A stretch of DNA of 64,000 nt from Zootoca vivipara (lineage: Eukaryota), in the NCBI RefSeq assembly GCF_963506605.1, contig NC_083285.1, positions 42,036,001-42,100,000 of the forward strand, in the 5' to 3' direction. Positions 53,201 through 64,000 of this stretch are shown in pieces. The translations under genes were made by a program, and so were the position numbers. Within the stretch, counting starts at the first letter, position 1. Each line of letters opens with the position of its first letter. The notes below the pieces were generated by a model, which saw nothing but the letters and a program-made list of their open reading frames with translations, had not been told where the DNA came from and ran no database searches.

Positions 53201-55383
53201 AAATGTTGGTCCTATGGAACATTTTCCTTTATACACTTTGTTAAATTCATATATTGCTAGATTTCTTTCTGCAGTCATATAACCTTTTCTTTATTTACAC
53301 TTACAGCTTTCTTCGCTAGATGCATTTGTTATTGGAGCAATAGCCAAAGCGATTGCCACTACCCTCACTTACCCTTTGCAGACAATACAGTCAATCTTAC
53401 GGGTGGGTATACATTGCACCAGATCACTTTCATTTTGCTGTTTCTTTATACAGTTGCCTTTGGCCAGTATTCCAGAACTCAAATTGACAAACATCTATTC
53501 CATCTTTAATTTGTCGCTGTGGCTGAAGAGCACACCTTCTCTTAACTAAGTCTAGAAAGTTCCTTGAGTCATAATCACTCTAACTGAATGGGCAAGAAAC
53601 TGCGGCAAATGTGAGGTTACACTTCTGATTGTAAACAAAAGTATATTCCTTTTGGGGAAAATGAGTAGCTGTTTTAGTGTCTTGTGTTCTAACTGCATAG
53701 CATATGCTCTCCATATTGGATGCTCTGGGCAACTTTTCCTACTTTCTAGAATACTTAACTACTTAGCACTTAGGCTAGATTTCCCATTTGGCTCTCTGCA
53801 TAAACATTGCATGTTGTTAAGCTGTGGGAAGAGTCTGATCACCCCATATTCTTTTGCTTAGAGGACATCTTTACATCTTTATTGTACCACTGCTACCACT
53901 CCAGCCATAATGAAAATACATAATTTTGATGTGTATGGCTTTGTTTGGTCAATATTTAACATATTTTGGGGTGAGGGGAGACCGCAAGCTGCTCTGACCT
54001 GAGCAAGAAACGTATTATTTAGCACTGAACAATTGGATATGGGAGAACAATTTGAATATAGGGCTGGATCACTGGTTTGAGATCAGGCATAGTAAATAGA
54101 AATTAGGATAAAATAAGGCAGGAAAAGTTGCTCATTGATTCATTTTGTCTCCTTTTCAGTTTGGACGTCACCAGCTGAACCCAGAAAACAGGAGACTAGG
54201 CAGCCTTAAGAATGTTATCTACCTTCTTCGACAGAGAATAAAGTAAGCTTTGTCTTTATTTTATCCACATATATCTTAACATTGTCCTCTACTGTATCAA
54301 CATCCTGATAATCTGCCCTAAATAGCTCTATAATTTTTGTTTAATAAAAAGTTGACCTTTAAAACACTAAATGGGTCATACAAGATCAATAATCCTTTTT
54401 ATGAAGACTTTTTGATCTAGTGTTATGGAAATATTAAGCAAGCCAGGTCATTATTTTCCAAATATAATAGTCACTGCTAAGTTTACCACTTAATTTATCC
54501 ATTTTCCCCTACTCTGCATTTGCACTCAGTAGGCATGTTAGGCAGCTTATAATGATAAAACTGCAATGTAACTTGGAGCAGCCTTATGATGAAATCAAGT
54601 TGACGGGCATTCATTGTAGTGCTAGGAAAATCTTAGTATGAGCAGGGTGATTTCCAGTTGCACAACAGGGCTCCCCTCCCCCACCCCCCGGCAGACCCGC
54701 TAAATTTGTTTGGGAGGTTCACCAACCCCTCTGGAGCAGAGGTCATTTTGGAGACTGTTTTCCAGGCACTCCCACCATCTGAAGTACAGATAGAGCTTCT
54801 CATTGGTGGCCCCCGTTGGTAGAATTCCTTCAACAGAAAGGCTCACCTGATACTGTATTATATTGGTATATAAAACACCCTAGAAGCTTTGAAGAAGGAT
54901 AGTACATACATAATTTAAACAAATAAACAGGCTTTTCACTTACCAGTAGTTTGAGATTTGGGGGAAAGCAGCAGATGAGAGAAGGGTTAAGCATTCTTCT
55001 GTCAGCCACTTTTCTCCTGAAAATCATGCTCCTCCCACCGGCACTCTTTTTGGAAAAAAGGAGCAGTAGACCTGGAGGAAGAACATTTCAATCCTAAGTA
55101 GTTTTAATAGTTGGTGGTGGAGGCAAGAACAGACATTCTTTATGATGTCCCGCAGAAAGAAGAAGACATTGTATGCCATTTGGCTACATTTGGAAACTAC
55201 TTTCTTACCATATGATAAATCTGTTTTCTTGATAGGCGTTTTGGATTAGTAGGTCTCTACAAAGGCCTTGAAGCAAAGCTGCTTCAAACAGTCCTCACTG
55301 CTGCACTGATGTTCCTGGTCTATGAAAACATTACTGCTGCTACTTTCACAGTCATGGGATTAAAACGTTCACTTAGGAACTGA
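43879..55383 (+). CDS. SLC25A17: Peroxisomal membrane protein PMP34 (mitochondrial carrier family), spliced gene, 9 exons, 924 nt, 307 aa
   Basis: Exons: 43879-43932, 48017-48077, 48883-48949, 50035-50186, 50805-50921, 53010-53155, 53307-53402, 54160-54242, 55236-55383. All GT-AG. Carrier signatures [29 protein letters not shown]; N-terminus [20 protein letters not shown]. Confidence 0.97.
44770..45750 (-). mobile_element. Decayed L2/CR1-clade LINE reverse transcriptase fragment
   Basis: [21 protein letters not shown] (ORF 45517-45699) followed by YADDT at 45467-45480; boundaries approximate. Confidence 0.75.
46102..46572 (-). mobile_element. Family C copy nested in an older element with CATGGGC...GCCCATG ends (46001-46624)
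   Basis: Reverse-complement similarity to 34154-34558 along its length. Confidence 0.7.
47357..47538 (-). mobile_element. CR1 LINE 3' end
   Basis: Minus strand encodes [27 protein letters not shown] (CR1 ORF2 C-terminus); (ATTCTATG)n tail. Confidence 0.85.
48017..48077 (+). CDS. SLC25A17: SLC25A17 exon 2
   Basis: 61 nt; [20 protein letters not shown]. Confidence 0.95.
48545..48652 (-). mobile_element. Penelope-like end fragment truncated before the ribozyme core
   Basis: CTAGTTACAAGTAGGTAGCCGTGTTGGTCTG...AGTAGCACCTTAGAGACCAACTAAGTTTG; followed by a 17-bp tandem duplication GTCAAAGTTCCAAGGAG. Confidence 0.7.
48883..48949 (+). CDS. SLC25A17: SLC25A17 exon 3
   Basis: 67 nt; [21 protein letters not shown]. 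Confidence 0.95.
50035..50186 (+). CDS. SLC25A17: SLC25A17 exon 4
   Basis: 152 nt; [50 protein letters not shown]. Confidence 0.95.
50805..50921 (+). CDS. SLC25A17: SLC25A17 exon 5
   Basis: 117 nt; [38 protein letters not shown]. Confidence 0.95.
51882..52210 (-). mobile_element. hAT MITE family B, opposite orientation, with an internal tandem duplication
   Basis: TSD CATTAGAG; TGTGTCCTTTTATTTAAAATGCATCTCTGGG occurs twice. Confidence 0.85.
53010..53155 (+). CDS. SLC25A17: SLC25A17 exon 6
   Basis: 146 nt; [48 protein letters not shown]. Confidence 0.95.
53307..53402 (+). CDS. SLC25A17: SLC25A17 exon 7
   Basis: 96 nt; [32 protein letters not shown]. Confidence 0.95.
54160..54242 (+). CDS. 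SLC25A17: SLC25A17 exon 8
   Basis: 83 nt; [27 protein letters not shown]. Confidence 0.95.
55236..55383 (+). CDS. SLC25A17: SLC25A17 exon 9 (stop)
   Basis: [48 protein letters not shown] then TGA. Confidence 0.95.
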
Positions 55384-56017
55384 AGTCTGGGCCTCCACAA
55401 CACATTAAACTTGGGGAAAGAAAGACACAAGCTGGAACACAACTGGGTGCCATGGAAGCTTCCTCTCAAAGGCTACAAGACTCTTCCGCTGTGTTCTTGC
55501 TCTCAAAGCTTCAGAATGTACTCGAAGGGGAATCTTGAAGAGTAATCTGGAACTCTGCACTGTCAGTCACCGTATGATGGCTTGACCATCTTTCTCCGCA
55601 GCTATTTTGATTAGGAAGCAAACTGGAAAATAAAATTTCACTATTGAGAAAAAGAAGTCTACTAAACTCATTGGAGAGCTTTAGTTACTCACAGTGTATA
55701 ATTCATTTTCAATTTGCTGTCAGTGTTTTTCACGGGTTTGATATTGTATAACCTCATTGATTATTGGCCCATTAAAAGACTTCATTAAATAACTATTCTT
55801 TTAGTATAAGCTTTCTTTTAATTTGTACAGTTGACCTAAAAGAACTGTCCTGTAGAGTCTTCTGCCTACAGTAGACTAAGGTCTATGCAAATACATTGCT
55901 TTAAGCTCAACTTTGTTTAGTATCCCAATGTCTCATCCATTGTGGTAAAACTTATTAAAATATATCAAGAATTGGTAACCTTTTTGGCCAGAGAGTCACA
56001 TTTGCACTTCACCAGGA

Positions 56018-56194
56018 CAGGGCAGTCTTGAGCAGGTTGGGCACCCTGGCGCTGAGGGGCGGAGATCGCTCTGGCGCCCCCGCCCTCGCAGCGCGTAGCA
56101 TGGCTTCTGCGCGGCTTTGCTGCGCAGTGCCCCGCCTACCAGCCCGGTGCCCTGACACCCCGCACCACCGGGACTCTACCTAGAGCCGGCCCTG
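56018..56194. mobile_element. GC-rich hAT-type MITE
   Basis: CAGGGCAGTCTTGAG / CTAGAGCCGGCCCTG ends; TSD CACCAGGA/CACCAGTA. Confidence 0.75.
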
Positions 56195-57185
56195 CACCAG
56201 TAGAATCACTAGAAGATCACCTTCCTCATTGCCTCTCACATTTCCCAATGGGGCATTAGGAGTGTTCAGTGGTCCAACAGCCCTTATGCAAACGGCTCAC
56301 TTCCCAAGATTATATTTTTCAAGTTGTGAGAGGAACCTTGTTTCAGGTGTTGACCAGTGCTCCTCAGATGTTCTCTGAGTACCCCTGAAGTACTCAGAGA
56401 TTCCTGAACACTCACAAAATTGGGAGTGGAGGACTCTGCAAGACTCCACTGCTATTACTATTATCATCCCACATCTGCATTGTTCGTTTTGTTTAGCAGT
56501 AGAGCCACTTCTTTCACCAGTGCTGCCACCACCAATTCCAACAGCAAATATGTCAGGTGTTTTTCAGGGCAAACAGAAGGTCCTTGCAGGCCAATTCTGG
56601 CCCATGAGGCAGTTGTTCCACGTGCTCAATATACACCAGTGATGAAAGTCTATCAGATTCCTGCTAGAACTGGTCTTAGCGGATTCAGATTCCTTAAGTT
56701 TAAGAAATTGAATAGTTGCTTATATTTTCTTCTGCACTGTGACATATTCGATCTGAAATGGAAAATTGGGAATTTATACAGGTAGTAATCTGAAGACTGC
56801 AAAACCATCTGATTCATATTCTAGTACTCTAGTACTCTACAAACTAGTTTTCATGAGTCTCAAAAATGCTTTACCTGAGGTTCTGGAAATCTGAATCATT
56901 GGCTAAAACCTAGTTTCTGTCAGTATCAAATAGAGTGGAGTATCTCTTTCTTACCTCCAACCCACCAGAAAGGCCATCTTGGAAATGATAGCTTCAACTC
57001 AGTATTATTATTACTATGTGAGCTGGTTCAAGCTTCATGATAACACAGGAACAGGTAATGTTCAGCCTTGGGCTTTCACAATTTTCCCTCCCTCTCTTGT
57101 AGGTGGAGCCACAAGGAGAGCAGCAACATTTAACTCCATTTTTCGCTAACTGCAACTGGTTTCATCTGAAGCCAACAAACTACCC

Positions 57186-57321
57186 CAGGCATCCCCAAAC
57201 TTTGGCCCTCCAGATGTTTTGGACTACAATTCCCATCTTCCCTGACCACTGGTCCTGTTAGCTAGGGATCATGGGAGTTGTAGGCCAAAACATCTGGAGG
57301 GTCGCAGTTTGGTGATGCCTG
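57186..57321. mobile_element. hAT-type MITE family A
   Basis: Perfect 8-bp TSD AACTACCC. Confidence 0.85.
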
Positions 57322-57714
57322 AACTACCCCAATAAAGAATCTCAAATAGTTGCTTGTTTGAAATAAGCTAACTTCACACCACATAATATTGAAGCTGTCT
57401 TGTTTTAACAGACCATACAGTAGTTAAGTTTCACCACAAGTTAAGGTTCAGATGTAAAGTGAAAGCTGCTGAAGAGGTTAATGGAACACATGAGCCAATG
57501 CTTCATTCTTCCATGACAAACAATGGTATACTGTTAGGCTGAAATTGGCTTTGTTTCTAAATAAGTGTAAATATGACACAGAATTAAAACTGCTCTGAAT
57601 TTTGAAGGAAAACAGTTGGACAAAACAAAAACCAAGTGCCAACCATATTATTGTAGCTTGTAATTTGGCAGTCTTTTGTTGCATTCAAAGCAGTGCAAAA
57701 CAGGAAAGTATGCA

Positions 57715-57935
57715 GTAGTGCTTTTTTCTATTTCTGCCAGCAGCTGCTGCCATTCCTTTTCGGACCATTAGGTCTGCTGCTTCATTTTTCATCAAACTGC
57801 TGCCTCTGCTGCTGGAACATCAGCTTCATCTGTTTTGGAGTGCTGCTGTTTCTCCATCTGTCCTAACTCAAGCACACCTCACTCAAATTCCTCCTCTAAT
57901 AAACCCAAATCCCACTTCTTACACCAGTGTTGTGT
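57715..57935 (-). mobile_element. Gypsy-type LTR retrotransposon remnant (LTR end, PBS, decayed Gag start)
   Basis: CA-c-TGGTGTAAGAAGTGGGATT (PBS 57926-57908), complementary to the tRNA-Leu 3' end with one mismatch; followed by Gln-rich broken frames. Confidence 0.55.
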
Positions 57936-58789
57936 GCTACCCCAGTCTCTGAGCAGTGAGAAATCCCAGGGGTTCCAAACACTTTATCAGTATACAATCT
58001 GAGGATGAGGGAGCTCACAGCATTTTAAAAAACCCATAGAGTCTGCTACCTCTTTATGTTTCCAGAGAAGCCCTGAAGTCCAGCTTAGGCTCAGCACCAG
58101 GCAAGACATGTGTCTCTGTCAGCCACTTCCAACCTTTCACATCCAGCATCCAACTCACTCACACACATAACAAATCTGGTTATTGTTCTCCTATGTACCA
58201 GCTAAGTAAGTGGAGCGAGTGAAGGGCTCCCCAATTTGTTCTACGGCACAGAACAACTTCTTTGGATATTCAAAAATCACTCTACTTAACTAGCCAGCCA
58301 AAGCCATTACCTTGCGCTGTACACACCTGCCCAGATTGAATGCCTGCGATGGGCAGACCAACTTTTGTGTGTGAGAGTCAGTTATCTCACTCTGTATTCT
58401 TCAGCAATAAAATGGGACAGATGCTATATGTAAATGCTTTATTTTGTAATAATGTATTAAACATATATATGTGTGTGTAATTTGGCCTGTGATGTGGCTC
58501 AATTGATTGCATTATTTGGTATGGTTTGATCTGCATCTTCATCCCGGCTTTCTGCATATGATGACAATCTTTTGTCTTTGGTTCAGTTGGGTTGAACTGT
58601 GAGAACTTCAAACTGTGTGGCTGTTTTGCTTGGCGGAAGGGATCTAAAAATGTGGCAATGCGATTCAGGGGGGCGAATACCGTTTGCTATCAATCCCTTT
58701 CTCCTCAAACTGATTGTGTTCCCTGATCCTACCCCAGTACCTACACCTATCTTTCATTTTAATTTATTTAAACAAATTTATATTAAAAA

Positions 58790-59144
58790 GGGACCCAGGT
58801 GGCGCTGTGGGCTAAACCACTGAGCCTAGGGCTTGCTGATCAGAAGGTTGGCGGTTCGAATCCCTGTGACGGGGTGAGCTCCCGTTGCTTGGTCCCAGCT
58901 CCTGCCAACCTAGCAGTTCGAAAGCATGTCAAAATGCAAGTAGATAAATAGGAACCGCTATAGCGGGAAGGTAAACGGCGTTTCCATGTGCTGCTCTGGT
59001 TCGCCAGAAGCGGCTTTGTCATGCTGGCCACATGACCTGGAAGCTATATGCCGGCTCCCTCGGCCAATAATGCGAGATGAGCGCGCAACCCCAGAGTCGG
59101 TCACAACTGGACCTAATGGTCAGGGGTCCCTTTACCTTTACCTT
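58790..59144 (+). mobile_element. Sauria SINE, full length
   Basis: A box TGGCGCTGTGG, B box GGTTCGAATCC, ACCTTT tail; TSD TTTATATTAAAAAG (58777-58790, 59145-59158). Confidence 0.9.
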
Positions 59145-61189
59145 TTTATATTAAAAAGTAGGTAGCAGCTCAATTCAGATTGGGCCACTTATCTCAGCCA
59201 ACTTGTGGCCTGCATAACACACATCAGAAAGATATTAACTACAGATTCATTACATATCTTGCATCAACCAAGCACATCTTTCCAAATCTGTCCCTGCATC
59301 TGTGCAGACCATTTCTCTGGATCTTCCTTGCTGATATAAGTAATAAAACTTTGCTACATTATATGAGCCCATTTGTCCTTTTGTGTGTGTGTGCACTTGG
59401 TTCACCAGTTTTTCCAGCTGAGCGACATTCCATACTATGAGGTATCACGAGTCCAGAGAAATCTCATTGCGTACTTTCCTCTGTTTTGAAACTCTAGCCT
59501 AGCTGCCACTAGCAAAAACACTTAAAGAGTAATAGGTCTTTTTCTGCATTATCCCCTTGTCTGCCATAACTTTCCACAAACATTTTTCCTGTTATTCATA
59601 ACCCTATAATGCTTTGTGTTGATTTAGAGTCCTTGTCAGCTTCAAGTTGACCATTCATAATTGAACAAATGTGTGAAAAGGTTAAGTGATCACTGGCAGG
59701 TCACAGACTTGGTCTTTATTTCTTACAACTTAACGTACTGCAACATTTTTGAGAAATCAATTGTTCATCCTCCACATCTCAGTCGGTACTGACAGGCACA
59801 ACCTACCTATAACTGGCTAATAGAGTTACAGTGGTTTCAGACACCCAGTTTTTCAACTGTATAATGGCACTTTGCAATTGATTTCAATAAGGCAAAAGTT
59901 GTGTGAAGAGTATCTTTCACATTTCAGCTGGCTCTGCATCCAGCAGAGTTGGTTGTTCTCAAAGTACTCTTCAGGTACCAGAATAGATACACAGATGCTA
60001 ATTGTGTTGGGACTATGGGCTAAGGTTACCAGATTTCTTTCAATGAATCCGGGGACACTTTTCAACTTCAATGGATTTTGTATGGGGACTGATTTGTAAA
60101 TCCGGGGAATGTCTCCGGGAAACGGGGACATCTGGTAAAACGTGGGCAGCACCACAAGGGAGGCAATAATGAGTTTTTAATTGAGCTTTAAAGCTTCTGA
60201 AAACTAGTATATTTATTAGTAAGATCAGAAACTTGCCTTTTAAATCACTGTGAATTCCAATAAGATTAGCTGTGTTACAATAAACTAGTTATGCCACTAG
60301 ATTCGTTCTGCTTTAAATGCAGTTGAAATTTTTTGTTATGTTCGCAGTCTATTGTAAACACACACCAGATTCTGGCACAATAAAATTGCAAAGAGTTTAA
60401 TATTCAAATGGTGTTGATTATAGTCATATCTAAAAACAATTTCCCACTGCTGTAACTTGTTCCAGTGATCTGTATACAGTACTGTAGTTTAACGTAGAAA
60501 TGCTATTATATGGCACAGCCGCTAGAGGTCATAGGATGCCAGGAAATACATTATGCTATGTGCAGTCTTAGGTATTTTTAAATGGAAGTGTTCAAAGTAG
60601 GTCTTAGGCTGCATACTTAGAATAATTTAATGGAAACCAGGTTATTCCTTGCACTGTTTAACCTCTGTTGGCCCAAAACAGAAAGGCCTTAAACAATACT
60701 TATATTGTTAAGTGGGGAACTTTTCCACTCTTTCAAATGATTGGGGAATTAAAAGGAATCTTATGCACTAGGCAGTGATTGAGAAAACAATATTGCAGGA
60801 TTGTAGTTATTTTGGATTAGTAAAAATAGAGCACAAGGGTGTTAATCTGTGCTTTATGTAGCATTAGTGAGTCAAAAGAGAGAGAAAATGTTGAAGACCT
60901 CATAAGATTGGGAGTGCTTATTTTAGGCACTGAAGCAAATAAAGCATGGAGTAAGTATCTGGTCTACACAAGAGGAAACTAGGGAACTAAATAATATACA
61001 AATAGAATAGCAGAATATCATTGAAGCATTCTAGTACCATTGATCAACAATATGTGGTGTATGTATTTAAAGTGTAAACAAAATGCCTTAATTACAAAAA
61101 GTGGGAGACAGATCAAGCATGTGACACTTAGGGAAAGCATCACAACTAATCAACCCTCTTCTAAAGATGTCCTTAATTCCACTGTGAAA

Positions 61190-61270
61190 TTTCTTTATAC
61201 AATTTCTTTATACAATTTATTGTACAAATTATACAATTTCTTTATACAATTTATAAATTTATTTATACAA
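61190..61270. repeat. Degenerate AT-rich minisatellite (TTTATACAATTTC-like)
   Basis: TATACAA core recurs about 5 times. Confidence 0.7.
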
Positions 61271-62193
61271 AGGGCCTCAGCCATTTGGAAAAGCAGGAAG
61301 AAGACCACTTGAAGAACCATATTCATTGAAGTATAATTTGTTTTGGAACCACAAACAGAGAGAAAACAGCAGGCAGCACCTCTATTTCTACAGCCCCTTA
61401 ACATGAATGCTTATATTTTTAGCAATATGCTGTCCTGAATTGACCCTGATTTTCTTTAGTAATCTCTGATGCTAGATAGGCGAAGTAGTATTAGTATTGG
61501 GGAATAGAGGGGCTGTGGTTGTGAACAAGCTGCCTTTGGTAATCCACAGTTATGCAATACATTTATTTGGACTAACCAAGGTGCCACAAAATAGTGAGCA
61601 AGCTTTTGAGTTTTTCTGAACATCAGGCTGGATGTTACCTATAGCCAGAGGTGGGAAGAAGGTGAAACAAGAACATACTGGCTTAATGTTGTAGCCAGGT
61701 CTGCCCCTACATCTGATGTAGGCAGCAGATATTGGAGGTGGCAAGAGCCACCCACTGCTCCTCCTAACCTAACCTAACCTGATCTGTACCCCTTAAGTTA
61801 GCATGCTACCGTACCACAAAATATAGTAGGGGATGTTATCTCAGCATTGAAATAAAATTCAAATGTTTTAAGTCATCAGTCCAGTTGGATTTTGTAAGTG
61901 CAAAGGGGGGGGGATAAACTGCTTTAAGTTCCAGGTCAGAGCAGAAGTATTTTTATATTAGCAAAGCTGAAGATCAGTTTTAGGTGATGTACTACTATGT
62001 AAAAAAAACGAAAGCCAAATTAGGTAGTTTTTTCTAGGAGTTGGAAAATACATAACCTACAAAAAGCAAACTCTCTCTTTAGCTGGTGGAAAATTCATCT
62101 GGTTGTAGATACACACATATAAAATCCGTTCTGAAAATGCCTTTTAAAAAAAGTTTTTTAAAAATAAATTGAATTTTCCATAAGGCTCACCAT

Positions 62194-62206
62194 TGCCATC
62201 TAGTGT
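62194..62206 (-). promoter_or_regulatory. CTCF-like motif
   Basis: Minus strand ACACTAGATGGCA, close to the CCACTAGATGGC core; ~450 bp upstream of the CpG island. Confidence 0.45.
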
Positions 62207-62639
62207 CACATCGTTTATTGCACTTAAAACACACACAAAAAGTTTTATTTGCAGCTGTATAATAAACTGTTCCTTTTGCTAGATTCCTCCTCAACATGGT
62301 AAGCTGTCTTATATCAACTCAGCCCTACCTTTTCCAGTCTTTTTCGCATTCCTGGATCGAGTTTGCCCCAGGCCTATCTGGAGGAGTCAGGCAGGAATGG
62401 AACCCTGTGGCCTTTTACCTGCGAAGCATCTGCCCTTTCAGAAATTTTGCATGCTTGATAGAATTTGTTTTTTAAAATGCTTCCAGTATGTTTTTTTCTC
62501 CAAAACTTTTACTGGCAAGTTAAATCGTGTTTAAATATACGATTTGCATGTTTATTTGGAAGGAAGCCCCTGAGTTTAATTGGGCTGTGTGTGTGTGTGT
62601 GTGCAGATATTTTAAGCCTCTGCAAAGGAGTAGCAGTCC

Positions 62640-63620
62640 GCTACATGCATAGGCTGGCGCACTGTCCCTTTAAGGGCTCCTCCCCCTCCTTCCTCGCGGC
62701 TCCTCCGCGGCGCTCGAGCACGCCAGCCTCACCTTCTGCCGATGACATAATTCCTATCCTCTAATTGGCTGCTTCCTTCTTCAGTCACCTTTCTCTGCCC
62801 CGCCTGCCCCTTTCCCCACCCCGCCTCTCGCCCGTTAGCACCCGGAGTTACTCGACACCCGTTGACGGGCGCTGGCGTCATTCAGTCTCCTCCGCGCCTT
62901 CGGATTGGTCGCGCCGCCTGCTCGTCCCGTAGCTCTGCGTTCTGGTGGGCGGGAGCTTCCGCGGCTGCGAGGAGCTGAGCCGGCGGCGGTGAGGGCCGTG
63001 GTTTTTTTTTTTGCGCGCTCGGGGAAGTTTTCGGTGGGAGGTTGCGGAAGGGGAAGGCGGCCAAGTGCGGGCAGCTGGGATGGAGTCGTGACCAGGTGAG
63101 TGCAAGGGAGGCCTCGGGAGGGAACATGCCGGCAGCTCCTCGCCCCGCCCGCCCGCTGGGGGGGGGGGTGGAATGTCCCTCCATGTATGGGGCAGGGAAC
63201 CGCCCCTCTGAGAAGCACGAAGCGGGGCTGCCCCGGTTGCTGGGAGAGCCTGGTCTTGGCTCGCTTCACGCTCCTCCTCTGCCCCACGGCGGAGGCTGGC
63301 GGGAGAACCGCGCCCTCCTTCTCCCGTCCCACACGAACCACGCAGCCCCCCCGTCCCCCCACGCCGTTCTCCTTTGCAGACCGGGCCTTTCATTCGGGCT
63401 ACGTGACCCTGGCCTTGCCCTCCCACTCCTTTGCTATTCGTTCGTAAGTAAAACGGCGAATGTTCCGTCTCCCCTGCCCCCAAATAATTTGCCTAGAAGA
63501 GCCACCGAAGGTATCATTTTTCTCCATCAGCCGCCAGCCAGGCTTCTGCTTTTCCCCGTAACGCCCCCCTCCGCCGTGTCATTTCACCCTTCGGCGTTTT
63601 CCGAACGGGTTTATCATCCC
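62640..63620 (+). promoter_or_regulatory. CpG island promoter and probable non-coding first exon (ending 63095) of the next plus-strand gene; identity unresolved (MRTFA is the syntenic candidate)
   Basis: CpG-rich; ATTGG at 62764 and 62904; GC boxes; strong donor CCAG|GTGAGT at 63095/63096. Confidence 0.7.
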
Positions 63621-63697
63621 TCCCTCTCCACAGTTTTCAGCTATTGGGTTTTTATTGGGCAAGAATAAACCTCCAGGATCACCACCACCAAAAAATT

Positions 63698-63702
<5 letters not shown>

Positions 63703-63735
<33 letters not shown>
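63703..63735. repeat. (TG)n microsatellite
   Basis: About 16 TG units. Confidence 0.9.
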
Positions 63736-63736
<1 letters not shown>

Positions 63737-64000
63737 TTTGAGACTTTTTTTCCTGCCAGAAAATTTTAATTGCAAAGGAGATGTAAATGTACTGGGTCTT
63801 CTCTATGTAATTTCAAGAATGCAAGATTGCCCCTGATTCAGTTTCAGAATTGCAATCTGTGTGGAGAACTGTTTGGAGAATATGGGCTGAGCCAATCACA
63901 CCCACCCACCGGCACATGTAGGAATCTGCGTTGAGCATATAGATTCATTTGATGCTTCCCAGAATCCTGTGCTTGAGGGTGGTTGAATGCGGCTGGCTCA

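Noticed and set aside
57908-57926. tRNA-Leu 3' end including CCA on the plus strand
   Set aside because: Only 19 nt with encoded CCA; better explained as a retroelement primer-binding site.
60021-60142. Possible short MITE (AGGTTACCAGA...TCTGGTAA)
   Set aside because: Right TIR and TSD are too degraded to set boundaries; probably real but not supportable as a call.
62835-63668. Overlapping 100-208 aa ORFs on both strands
   Set aside because: Stop-poor CpG island; Pro/Gly/Arg/Ala-rich with no motif.

Overview
Vertebrate nuclear DNA, most likely a squamate (probably lacertid lizard), inferred from its Sauria SINEs, CR1/L2 fragments and MITE families. Three complete spliced genes can be rebuilt with GT-AG junctions and continuous frames: XPNPEP3 (minus strand, 10 coding exons, 504 aa), ST13/Hip (plus, 12 exons, 371 aa) and SLC25A17/PMP34 (plus, 9 exons, 307 aa). 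XPNPEP3 and ST13 are head-to-head on a shared CpG-island promoter carrying a perfect heat-shock element. A third CpG island with a probable non-coding first exon lies at 62.6-63.6 kb (possibly MRTFA by synteny, unverified). The most notable non-genic signals are: (1) Penelope-type retroelement ends carrying minimal type I hammerhead ribozyme motifs, two of them in perfect inverted palindromes inside XPNPEP3 introns, one with an intact motif on the pre-mRNA strand; (2) a 2.0-kb internally deleted Tigger/pogo transposon with a ~250-bp inverted repeat in ST13 intron 9; (3) a Gypsy-type remnant with a tRNA-Leu primer-binding site; (4) a candidate separately spliced exon encoding the start of the XPNPEP3 mitochondrial presequence. 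Most ORFs in the supplied track are spurious. Family names come from recognition only; no database search was run.
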